Shown here: in pieces, positions 36,801 to 44,836 of the stretch
Numbering within the stretch: position 1 is the stretch's first letter
Layout of the letters: the number at the start of each line of letters is the position of its first letter
NCBI GenBank assembly: GCA_051003195.1
Contig: JBPCLP010000008.1
Location: 28,154 to 92,153 of the forward strand
Length of the DNA stretch: 64,000 nt
Reading direction: 5' to 3'
Source: Candidatus Sumerlaeaceae bacterium
GTDB taxonomy: Bacteria > Sumerlaeota > Sumerlaeia > Sumerlaeales > Sumerlaeaceae
Notes under the pieces: model-generated
Seen by the model: the letters and a program-made list of their open reading frames with translations, nothing else
Database searches by the model: none
Told to the model about the DNA's origin: nothing
Position numbers and translations under genes: made by a program

Positions 36801-37707
36801 CCTGGACTTCCTGCAGATCGCGGTTAAGCTCGTAATTCAGTGCCTGTGTCTCTTCGACCGCCTGTTGCAGTTCGTCAGCCTGTGTGCGATACGATAACTG
36901 TTCCTCGTCGATCCGCGAAAGCTCATTGCGGAAATTCTGTACGCGCTCAAACAGCTCCTGGTAATGCGCTTCGCTGGATGCGCTGCTCTCGCGAAATGCA
37001 TAGTAACGCCGGACGAGCAGTTCCATCTCAAGTTGCTTAAGTTCCTGGGAGAGCTGCTTGTATCGCTCGGCTTTGTTGGCCTGCCGCTTGAGGCTGTTGC
37101 ACTGGCGCCGTACTTCGTTTATCAAATCCGCCAGGCGCAGTAAGTCGTCATCCGTGCGGTTCAGCTTGTGCAGCGCCTCGTCTTTGCGCGCCTTGTACTT
37201 TGAGATGCCTGCGGCTTCGTCAAAAATGGCGCGCCGCTCTAATGGCTTGGAGTTGATGATCGCGTCGACTTTGCCCTGCTCCAACACCGAATAGCTGTCG
37301 GTGCCGATACCGGTATCCATGAGATTGGTCGTTATATCTTTTAGCCGGCACTGAGTCTTGTTGAGCGAATACTCGCTTTCGCCAGTCCGGAACAGCCGCC
37401 TTGCGATTTCGACATCGTCAAAATCAAGCGGGAGGAATCGGCCCTCGTTGTTTAAGGTAAGGCTGACACGCGACATGCCCATGGCCTTCTGGCCCCCTGA
37501 GCCATTGAAGATTACATCTCCCATGCGACTGCCACGCAAACTCTTTGCACTCTGCTCGCCCAATACCCATCGTATAGCGTCGAAAACATTAGACTTACCA
37601 CATCCGTTAGGGCCAACAATGACCGTCACACCGGGATGAAAATCGATGGTGGTCTTATTGGCAAAGCTCTTAAAGCCGTGGATCTCCATCCGCTTGAAAA
37701 ACTGCAT
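33880..37707 (-). CDS. smc: chromosome segregation protein SMC
   Basis: 1275 aa. N-terminal Walker A (GPNGCGKSN), long coiled coils, hinge, C-terminal signature LSGGEKALTAVALLFAI and Walker B ILDEIDAPLD. Confidence 0.95.
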   Translation of the reverse strand: MQFFKRMEIHGFKSFANKTTIDFHPGVTVIVGPNGCGKSNVFDAIRWVLGEQSAKSLRGSRMGDVIFNGSGGQKAMGMSRVSLTLNNEGRFLPLDFDDVEIARRLFRTGESEYSLNKTQCRLKDITTNLMDTGIGTDSYSVLEQGKVDAIINSKPLERRAIFDEAAGISKYKARKDEALHKLNRTDDDLLRLADLINEVRRQCNSLKRQANKAERYKQLSQELKQLEMELLVRRYYAFRESSASSEAHYQELFERVQNFRNELSRIDEEQLSYRTQADELQQAVEETQALNYELNRDLQEVQGRIALLEQRQANSAERREQLDSQIRELDENAKQLQEATAQFAAETQEKEAELERLLAEHAQRKSDYETLKGDSDAASSDMVRLRQEISTATRARLEKENEVRVAHVMEEKLIHEIEQSDSELGMLREQIELLKVECDDKRGAAEQSEIQRERLREAAAAARDEFKTRDLEHYNLSMELEQARRAAHECQSRHEALADLQANFEGYYRGVKEVMSAGKRGELHGLVGVVSTLLEAQREHELAIEVALGSQAQDIVVDNSDMGKAAIRWLKESRVGRATFLPLDLIEGRENNYNLRQVVAEPGVVGFATDLVKYDTRIQKVVQYLLGNVVVVENLDVAVALERRGIRTKFVTLDGEMVSAHGAMTGGSVKATGLLNRTREVKELADRLVHLRSREQETEQRVSHLKGSLGELRDSTERLSREAHQQEIEAARLRKDFEVVDHRASEKAQQLERLETRRAGMQQQVEQHRNTQDEGSGLLEQLAANAAALEEQLQGIEETATAKQHEVAEAGRLVNELMIAISTGTERLKNLRERIASGEREGQRLVQAQADKRAEIERMDVTQSECAGELSQLHEQLAKLQVDQQSLSAQLTQENQRKENVHLDLRKLSEHAQVLQRDYNEAQNELHEVELKRTEYTLQLDNINVQAQEKFGLVLDDVIQRVLFPEPELNENSALSSEDAVENTPENPDAATADVAVIHDITALADEASDSAAGDEQARSEIIAHNADLAVEVALARLRTPDEIATRIQEIRATIDGMGPVHVGAIDEFNEANSRLDFLTAQEKDLLDAKNLLAETIAKIDETTKDLFATAFAEIRANFEQVYRRLFGGGRADLLLTEENGVLEGGIDIVAQPPGKKPQHISLLSGGEKALTAVALLFAIFMRKPSPFCILDEIDAPLDDKNIERFKDLVREFADTTQFIIITHNKQTMNLANTIYGVTMEEQGVSRVVSIKLDEIEHHEIVREIEEMEPVAASA

Positions 37708-37929
37708 TAATTTTCCTCTTGGGGTATGGTAAGCTGAGAGAAATCAGCAAAAATGAAGGGGCGCGCCTGCGCGCGGCAGCTTGTGGATAACTCCCCTTCA
37801 GATGATACAAACGCGTACTGTTGCGATTCGAAATCCAATTGCAACACTTTTTATGCGACTGAGTACAATATATTGTACTTCACGCAACGCCTGTGGCCAT
37901 ATATGTGTAAGGTATTTGAATTCCGTACT

Positions 37930-38343
37930 CTATGTTGTACCTTGGGTCCGCCGCCTTTTCTCGGCTGCCCTATGCAAAAGCTTCGCATTTTTGAGATTGG
38001 CTTTTGAGGCAATGTCAAAGATGTCGCCGACCAGTGGAATCAAGCCTATGAGCCAGTCGACACCGACGTTCACGCCCATCCGGAACACCAGCGCACGGCC
38101 GAATCCGTGACGTTTGGCGACGTACATGGGGTAAACCGACGGCAATAGCGCCAGTGTGTCGCCGACGACAGGGATAAGGCCGGCAATTGCATCCGCGCCA
38201 AAGCGAATCCCAAACAGTGAGAATTGACTGTCCATCAACTGCGCGAGTGTCTGCACGCGCTTCAAGTCGGCATCCAGGTCCGTTCTTGTGCGCTCGATCG
38301 GCACCGCCTCGAGTACTTCTACTTCAGGTTCAAGTTCAGCCAC
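37930..38343 (-). CDS. DUF4112 domain membrane protein
   Basis: GADAIAGLIPVVGD...IGLIPLVGDIFD twin motif characteristic of DUF4112. Confidence 0.65.
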   Translation of the reverse strand: MAELEPEVEVLEAVPIERTRTDLDADLKRVQTLAQLMDSQFSLFGIRFGADAIAGLIPVVGDTLALLPSVYPMYVAKRHGFGRALVFRMGVNVGVDWLIGLIPLVGDIFDIASKANLKNAKLLHRAAEKRRRTQGTT

Positions 38344-38458
38344 GCAGCGCCTCCGCTCGTTTACATCTGGCAGCGCATTTGATGCGCCGAGCTGAAGCGC
38401 GACAGTGAAGAGTTTGGACTTGCGAGTAAATCACGCACACCAAAGCTTCGCGTTACTT

Positions 38459-39565
38459 ATGAATTTTGGACGCGATTACGATCGTACCGAGCTTCGTCGG
38501 CACTGTGGGTCAACCGGGCAGATCGCCCGGATCACAAGCAGCGAACTGAACGACGGCCGGGAACAGGGGGTACGCTGCCTCGATTTTCGAACCGGCTCCG
38601 GATTCAATTTCACGGTACTGCCCGGCCGTGGAATGGATATCGCCTTTGCGGAATTCCGGGGCCGAAACCTTGCATGGATGTCTCCGACCTCGATTGTCGC
38701 GCCGGAGTACTACGAACCCCAGGGCTGGAACTGGATTCGGGGATTCTTTGGGGGTCTTCTGACCACTTGCGGATTGGTGAATGTCGGAGTGCCCGACACG
38801 CACCGCAACGAGCCTATCGGCGCCCACGGGCGTGTCAGCAACACGCCGGCGTCTAATGTAAGTTATGATACCTTCTGGGTAGAGAACGAGTTGCACCTGG
38901 TTGCCCGTGGAGAGATGCGGGAAGTGCGGCCGCCGCATACCAACCTGCTGCTGCGGCGCACGGTGCATGCGATTGCTGGAGAGCGCCGGCTGGAGATCCG
39001 GGATCGCGTGATCAATGACGGGCCGGAAAAGACGCCGCATCAGATACTCTATCACATCAACGCCGGGTTTCCGGTGGTAAGCGCAATTTCGCATTTTGTT
39101 GCCGGCACGCGGAACGTTACTCCGCGCGACGATGCCGCCGCCGATGCTAAAGAACTCTTTCGACTGTGCCAGGGACCGACACTCGGCTATACAGAAAAAG
39201 TGTATTACCATCAGCTGGTTTGCGGCACGGACGGGCGTTGTTCCGCCGCGGTAATAAATCCGGAGCTCGATGGCGGACTGGGATTATACGTGAAATATGA
39301 TCCTCGCACTCTGCCGACACTCGTTCAGTGGAAAATGATGGGCGAAGGAATGTATGTACTGGGCCTGGAACCGGCGAATACGTACGGTATCGGCAGCGAA
39401 CGCCTTCGCGCACTGGGTTTGCTCAAGACGCTGGAACCGGAAGAGCAGGTTGAGTACACCGTCGAAATCGGCGTGCTCAGCGGCAGCGAAGAAATCGAGG
39501 CGTTTGAAAAGGCTGCGCTCCGCGACGCTCCCACCGAGCCGGAGTACGCATCCATTCTCGTTTAA
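38459..39565 (+). CDS. DUF4432 family protein (aldose-1-epimerase-like fold)
   Basis: N-terminus MNFGRDYDRTELRRHCG...RCLDFRTGSGFNFTVLPGRGMDI matches DUF4432 architecture. The track ORF starts further upstream, at 38405. Confidence 0.65.
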   Translation: MNFGRDYDRTELRRHCGSTGQIARITSSELNDGREQGVRCLDFRTGSGFNFTVLPGRGMDIAFAEFRGRNLAWMSPTSIVAPEYYEPQGWNWIRGFFGGLLTTCGLVNVGVPDTHRNEPIGAHGRVSNTPASNVSYDTFWVENELHLVARGEMREVRPPHTNLLLRRTVHAIAGERRLEIRDRVINDGPEKTPHQILYHINAGFPVVSAISHFVAGTRNVTPRDDAAADAKELFRLCQGPTLGYTEKVYYHQLVCGTDGRCSAAVINPELDGGLGLYVKYDPRTLPTLVQWKMMGEGMYVLGLEPANTYGIGSERLRALGLLKTLEPEEQVEYTVEIGVLSGSEEIEAFEKAALRDAPTEPEYASILV

Positions 39566-39578
39566 GGGCTGACCCAGA

Positions 39579-39634
39579 TATGCCGAATCGACGGGACGTT
39601 TGCCTTTTGGTCTGGTACGAAACTACGGATTCAC
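39579..39634 (+). repeat. REP/MITE-like intergenic element, partial copy 4
   Basis: ATGCCGAATCGACGG...TTTGGTCTGGTACGAAACTACGGATTCA. The right half of the element is conserved; the left half is missing. Confidence 0.7.
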
Positions 39635-39635
39635 C

Positions 39636-40205
39636 CTAGGGTTTCCGCGTGATCTCCTTGAGCAGACGCTGCATGAATTCTTTTTCGCCCGCGGCAAGAT
39701 TGACCAGCCGACCGCCTGCGTCGATGAAGCCAATCGCAATTCTCACCATAATTCCCAGCAGAACGAACATCAACAGCAGTGCTGCGGGACGGGCTCCAAG
39801 CGATCCCATCCGTTTCGCGAAGTCTGCCGCGACTTCGATTTCGCGCGGACTGCGGCTATCCTGCCCCGGTGTGAGGATTTCCGATTCGGAATCCTGCCGG
39901 CTATCTGCGGATGTCGCCGCGCTACGTTTTAACTTTTCGGCTTCACCGCGCTCAATTGGGCGTACGGGTATGTCGTTTGCCCTGCCACGGATCACGAATT
40001 CCCAGCGGTTCACCTGCTCGACAAGCGGCCGCGGATCGAGCAGAACGCGCGCGATCTGGTAGAACATATACCCCGACATCAGCACGCCGACACCGATAAG
40101 AATGAGTCCAATCGAGGCAGCTGTCATACGAAAGCTGGTGCCTGGATCGGGTTCGGGTGCCCGGTGCAGAATCACTTCTTCATGTGGCGAACTGTTCAGC
40201 GGCAT
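39636..40205 (-). CDS. hypothetical membrane protein (2 TM, 189 aa)
   Basis: Two long hydrophobic helices separated by a charged region. No recognisable domain. Confidence 0.5.
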   Translation of the reverse strand: MPLNSSPHEEVILHRAPEPDPGTSFRMTAASIGLILIGVGVLMSGYMFYQIARVLLDPRPLVEQVNRWEFVIRGRANDIPVRPIERGEAEKLKRSAATSADSRQDSESEILTPGQDSRSPREIEVAADFAKRMGSLGARPAALLLMFVLLGIMVRIAIGFIDAGGRLVNLAAGEKEFMQRLLKEITRKP

Positions 40206-40255
40206 GAACCTGCATACAAAGTCGGATGTGAATCGTGCATTTTAACAGCGCATAC

Positions 40256-41530
40256 TCAGGTGTGCCGCAGGGCTTCGATAGGATCCAGCCGCGAAGCTTT
40301 TATGGCGGGAAGCATACCGAAGATCAGCCCGGTACCTGCTGCGAATCCAAAAGCGAGGAAGACCGCCCAGCCCGGGACGGTTGCTTTATCGAGGCGCGCA
40401 CCAGGAATCGATGCGACCAACGCGGCAAGTGCCTGCCCACCGAGCACACCGATGAACCCTCCCAAAAGACAGAGGGTGATCGCCTCCACCAGGAACTGAA
40501 GGAGAATGGCCGATGAGCGCGCTCCTACTGCCTTGCGCAGGCCTATCTCTCGTGTGCGTTCCGAGACGGACACCAGCATGATGTTCATGATGCCAACGCC
40601 GCCGACGATGAGCGAAATACCTACGATGCCGACTGCAACCAGTGTAATCGTCACGGCTGTCTGGTTAAACTGCTCCAGGAATTTCTGGATCGCTTCCAGG
40701 CGGAACGGCTCAGGCTCGCCGGGTTTAATGCGCCTTTCGTTGCGCAGGTAAAAGCGTATCTCCGCGCGCGCTTCCTCAGAGAGCTCGGGCGACCGCGATG
40801 CAGCCACCACGGACATGTTCCAGCTATTTTGGCGCCAGGCCGTGTTGAAGGGAATAAAAATTTCGAGACCCGCCTGGTCTCCTCCGAAAAGCGACATCTG
40901 CTGGGGCGGTTCAACCACGCCGACGACCGTGTATCGCCGATCACCGATGAGAATGGATTCGCCAACGCAATCCTGCGGCAACGCGAGTTTCTGCTGTGCC
41001 TGCGGGTTGATCAGGCACACCGCCCGACCCTGTGTGTTGTCAATAACACTGAAAGGGCGTCCAAGCTTTACCGATCGATTCTCTATCGAATGCCAGGCTG
41101 GTTCGATCCCCTGTATGCCAACTGACTCCTCAGACTTATCCAGATGCCGGACTCTCTGGTTGTTCCACGTCGTTCGCGAGAACGCCCGCACGGAGGGACA
41201 GTGACTCAACATGTTGTCGAAATTGCGCGGCTTGAACTGGAGCTGACGCCAGCTCGCATTTTTATAAGGCCCTGTCTCCGGGCGGTCGGGCCAGATAAAG
41301 ATTTTGTTCGTGCCGACCGTCTCAAAATCCGCGAGCACTTTTTGCTTCAACCCGGTCAGCGCTGCAATCACACCGGTAACGGAGGCAACGCCGATGATGA
41401 TCCCGAGCATGGTGAGTATGCTGCGTAGTTTGTTCGTCCAGATTTGCCCCAGGGCCAGCGCCACGCTCTGGTAAAGCAGCACAACCACGGCGAGCGGACC
41501 TCGCGTAAGCCAGTCCAGCACGTGCGTCAT
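40256..41530 (-). CDS. ABC transporter permease, MacB/FtsX type
   Basis: N-terminal TM, large periplasmic domain, C-terminal FtsX-like 3-TM bundle. Overlaps the ATPase gene by 4 nt. Confidence 0.85.
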   Translation of the reverse strand: MTHVLDWLTRGPLAVVVLLYQSVALALGQIWTNKLRSILTMLGIIIGVASVTGVIAALTGLKQKVLADFETVGTNKIFIWPDRPETGPYKNASWRQLQFKPRNFDNMLSHCPSVRAFSRTTWNNQRVRHLDKSEESVGIQGIEPAWHSIENRSVKLGRPFSVIDNTQGRAVCLINPQAQQKLALPQDCVGESILIGDRRYTVVGVVEPPQQMSLFGGDQAGLEIFIPFNTAWRQNSWNMSVVAASRSPELSEEARAEIRFYLRNERRIKPGEPEPFRLEAIQKFLEQFNQTAVTITLVAVGIVGISLIVGGVGIMNIMLVSVSERTREIGLRKAVGARSSAILLQFLVEAITLCLLGGFIGVLGGQALAALVASIPGARLDKATVPGWAVFLAFGFAAGTGLIFGMLPAIKASRLDPIEALRHT

Positions 41531-42252
41531 TTTGCTTCAGCCACTGGGCGCAGCGAAGCAGCGTCCTCGGAAACTGGCAGGTCGCTGCAGATCTTGCCAT
41601 CGCGCATGCGCACGACTCTTCGAGCATGGGCGGCAACTTCCGCTTCGTGCGTCACCACGATGACCGTCTGTCCCTCTGCATGAAGCGTCGCGAAGAGGGC
41701 AAGAATCTCCTCGCTCGTGACCGAATCGAGATTGCCCGTAGGTTCATCAGCCAGAAGGATACTGGGGTGTGCAACCAAGGCACGCGCAATTGCGACGCGC
41801 TGTTTCTGTCCTCCGGAAAGCTGGTTGGGTTTATGGTGCATGCGCGAGGCGAGTCCGACCCGCTCCAGGGCGCCGGTTGCCAGGCGCTGCCTGTTCCACC
41901 AGTTGCCTTTTGAATAGATAAGTGGCAGCTCGACGTTCTTGAGTGCGCTAAGGCGCGGCATGAGCTCGAACGATTGAAAGACAAAGCCAATGCGCTCGTT
42001 GCGAACGCTTGCCAGCGCAGTGCCGGAGAGGTTCGATACAGGTTGCCCGTCGAGTTCATAGATACCCGAGGTCGGCCGATCGAGGCACCCCAGGATGTTC
42101 ATCAACGTGCTTTTGCCTGAGCCCGAAGCACCCATCATCGCGACATACTCGTTTGCCTGCACCTCAAGCGATACGCCTGCAAGTGCATGGATTGTTTCAG
42201 CTCCTACACGATAGGTTTTTGTAATTTCCTGGAGACGGATAACCGAGCTCAT
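41527..42252 (-). CDS. ABC transporter ATP-binding protein, MacB/LolD type
   Basis: GASGSGKST Walker [16 protein letters not shown] signature, [11 protein letters not shown] Walker B. Confidence 0.9.
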   Translation of the reverse strand: MSSVIRLQEITKTYRVGAETIHALAGVSLEVQANEYVAMMGASGSGKSTLMNILGCLDRPTSGIYELDGQPVSNLSGTALASVRNERIGFVFQSFELMPRLSALKNVELPLIYSKGNWWNRQRLATGALERVGLASRMHHKPNQLSGGQKQRVAIARALVAHPSILLADEPTGNLDSVTSEEILALFATLHAEGQTVIVVTHEAEVAAHARRVVRMRDGKICSDLPVSEDAASLRPVAEAK

Positions 42253-43655
42253 TTTGCCGCGGACTTCTTCGGATCAGTCGCCTGCTTCGTTCCTGTGGAT
42301 TCCTTTTCGTCTTTAACCTTCTGGTCATGCTTGAGCGATTCCAGGATCTTATAAGGACCAATAATGATCTGGTCGCCTTCGTTGAGGCCGGAGGTAATTA
42401 TGGTATGCGTCACATCACTTGGGCCGACGGCCACCGGTACCATTTGCGCTTTTCCCTTTTCAAACCGGCACACCAGCGTCGCCATGGATTTATCTTTTTG
42501 GGCTTGCGGCAATACTTTGCGCAACTCCGCAGGCAGATCTTCCACCGGGCGTCCCTGCACGGCCTGACTCGGTACTTTCAAAACGCCGGTGTGGCGACTC
42601 GTTTCAATGTCGACATCGCCGGTCAGTCCGCTTGGTATTCGCTCTCCATTGGTTTCGAGAAGAACTTCCGCGATGAAGTTTTTCTCCTTTTCCTTTTCCT
42701 TCGAGGCGAGCGCGACCTTGGTCACCTTACCTTTGAAGACACGATTCGGGAATGCCTGCATATGTACCTCGGCACTTTGGCCGGCACGTACCGATGCAAT
42801 ATCAGCTTCATCGATACGAGCAACCAGCAGCATCTGCGAAAGGTCGGCAACTTCCAGGATGACCGTGCCCGCATTGTTCATGGTCCCCGTGATGGTCATC
42901 TCCCCAACTTTCGCATTAACCCGGGTCACAATTCCGTCGATAGGAGAGACGATGTTCGCATTGCGAAGATCTTCCTGCGCGCGGGTGATTTCCGCGTCGG
43001 CGGCTTCCAGGTTGTGACGGCTGGCAGACAGGCCCGCATCATCTGCTTCGAGGCTGTGTTCCGCTGCTTCAAACTGGCTGTGCAACTCGTCAACTTTGCG
43101 TTTGGCCTGGTCGTAGTTTTGCTGGCTCGTGTTTCGAGAGGCCATCAGGTTGCGTTCCCGTGCAAAGTCCCTTTCGGCATCTACGACGGTAAACCTTTGA
43201 CCGGCAAGCTGGCTGCGTGCAGAGGCAATGCGGGCCTGGCCCACCTTAATCTGGGCCTGCTGAGCAGCGTAACGAGCTTTCGCTGAGCGAACCGCTGCCT
43301 CAAGGTCGGTTGCGTCCAGCCGTACGAGAAGGGACGGGCTCGTGTGTGCGTTTCCTTTCGTGACAGTCGACCCTTCATCGTGGGGCAGTTCGATGAGGCG
43401 CGCCGAGACCTTCGCGCTGATGGAGACGTGGTGACGAGGTTCAATATCACCCGGTGCCTGAACCACTTCGGCGAGATCACCACGAGCTACCTTGCCAAGG
43501 CGGACAGTGATAACATTCTCACCAGCGGCAGGAGTTTTCGATCGTAATAGACGCCAGCCCCACCACCCGCCGCCGGCAAGCAGCACGAGGCAAATAAGAA
43601 CCCATAACACCGTTTTATGGCGGGACACGCGACTCAGAACCTGGGATACTGCCAT
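42249..43655 (-). CDS. efflux transporter periplasmic adaptor subunit (HlyD/MacA family)
   Basis: N-terminal TM anchor, coiled-coil hairpin, beta-barrel and MP domains. Overlaps the ATPase gene by 4 nt. Confidence 0.85.
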   Translation of the reverse strand: MAVSQVLSRVSRHKTVLWVLICLVLLAGGGWWGWRLLRSKTPAAGENVITVRLGKVARGDLAEVVQAPGDIEPRHHVSISAKVSARLIELPHDEGSTVTKGNAHTSPSLLVRLDATDLEAAVRSAKARYAAQQAQIKVGQARIASARSQLAGQRFTVVDAERDFARERNLMASRNTSQQNYDQAKRKVDELHSQFEAAEHSLEADDAGLSASRHNLEAADAEITRAQEDLRNANIVSPIDGIVTRVNAKVGEMTITGTMNNAGTVILEVADLSQMLLVARIDEADIASVRAGQSAEVHMQAFPNRVFKGKVTKVALASKEKEKEKNFIAEVLLETNGERIPSGLTGDVDIETSRHTGVLKVPSQAVQGRPVEDLPAELRKVLPQAQKDKSMATLVCRFEKGKAQMVPVAVGPSDVTHTIITSGLNEGDQIIIGPYKILESLKHDQKVKDEKESTGTKQATDPKKSAAK

Positions 43656-43691
43656 CCCGCTTTCCGCGATGCAATCCCCCGTTTCAGGCGG

Positions 43692-44585
43692 TTATTCTTC
43701 CTCTGCCGCTTCGATGGTAACGAAAAGAGTTCCGTGAGGCGCCTCGAGGTTTTTGCGCTCGGGCGGCAGTTCGGAAAAGTGGTACGCGACGGACTCCTCA
43801 TAGCCAAGCGACTGGCCGGGGCGAACCACTGGTCCATTCTCAAACATGTAATAAAAGATCGTTTTGAAATGCTCGTCGATATCTTCAATTTCATTGAGGT
43901 CCTCTGCCCGGTAAGCGAGTTCCGGCAAACCGTAAATGGTGTGACCGGCCGAGAGAAACCAAATCTCTCCATCTACTTCCGCCGGCAGAAATCCCACCAG
44001 TAGTTCGCCTGGCATTCCTTCATCGCGCAAACTGTCCCAAAGGGATGTCAGGGTGCCATCATCAGCCTCGGGGGGCTCACCCGCGCTTTCCGTTGGGCGA
44101 ATTGCATCCTCGATGGCCTGGTCCGCGTATGCTTCCATGACTTCGGCGGGAAAGCAGGTATAGTTATTTTCATTCACGACCGCCAGCCCCCCCTGCGCAA
44201 TAAGTCCCATGCTCGTCTTCAGCAGCAGGATAGCGCTCTCAATTGCATGGTACTCGTCGCTTCCAAGGCAGGTGAGCGAAGCGTATACACGATGTTGCCG
44301 CAGCGTATCGCGGTAGTCCTCGGGTAGGGCGGCAATTTCTACGGTGCTGCGGAACGTCTCCTCCGGCAAAGCGTGGCCATGCACCTGCACCGCAACGTTC
44401 AATTTGCCGCAAGTCACAACGCCAGAGGAGACACTGCTGCCATGTTCGGTCGCGCGCATATTAAATTCCGACACTTCGGGAGCAGTACCTTCCGGCTCAA
44501 GGGCAACCAGGTACTCGCGCAGCGCTTCCGCATCCATACGGGGAAACTCATTAAACAGAACAAAGCATTGGAAGGCTTCTATCAT
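43692..44585 (-). CDS. hypothetical acidic cytoplasmic protein (297 aa)
   Basis: Strongly acidic ORF (many D/E) immediately downstream of the MacAB module. No motif recognised. Confidence 0.5.
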   Translation of the reverse strand: MIEAFQCFVLFNEFPRMDAEALREYLVALEPEGTAPEVSEFNMRATEHGSSVSSGVVTCGKLNVAVQVHGHALPEETFRSTVEIAALPEDYRDTLRQHRVYASLTCLGSDEYHAIESAILLLKTSMGLIAQGGLAVVNENNYTCFPAEVMEAYADQAIEDAIRPTESAGEPPEADDGTLTSLWDSLRDEGMPGELLVGFLPAEVDGEIWFLSAGHTIYGLPELAYRAEDLNEIEDIDEHFKTIFYYMFENGPVVRPGQSLGYEESVAYHFSELPPERKNLEAPHGTLFVTIEAAEEE

Positions 44586-44836
44586 GATTCTCTTCTTCTG
44601 AGTTGCGGTCGATGCAACAGGTTCTCCCGCCTGATCCGGAAATCATCCTGCGACTGCAAGCGAAAGTAGCTTTTCAACTTGGGTATTCACGGCCCGTGTC
44701 GGTCGAATTAACCCATTGCATTAACTAAATCTCTGACGGAAGGTAGAGCTCTTATTGCACCACAGCAGGTTCACGCCAGCCTGCCATCAGTCAGATCGAT
44801 TCGCTCGTAGCAACGCACGACCCTGGGAGTACGATT

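Noticed and set aside
34007-37294. Multiple plus-strand ORFs of 100-210 aa
   Set aside because: All are antisense to smc (1275 aa with Walker A/B and signature motifs). They have biased, low-complexity compositions.
38510-39211. 233-aa minus-strand ORF
   Set aside because: Antisense to the DUF4432 gene. No independent support.
42327-43286. 319-aa plus-strand ORF
   Set aside because: Antisense to the HlyD/MacA adaptor gene of the macAB-like operon.
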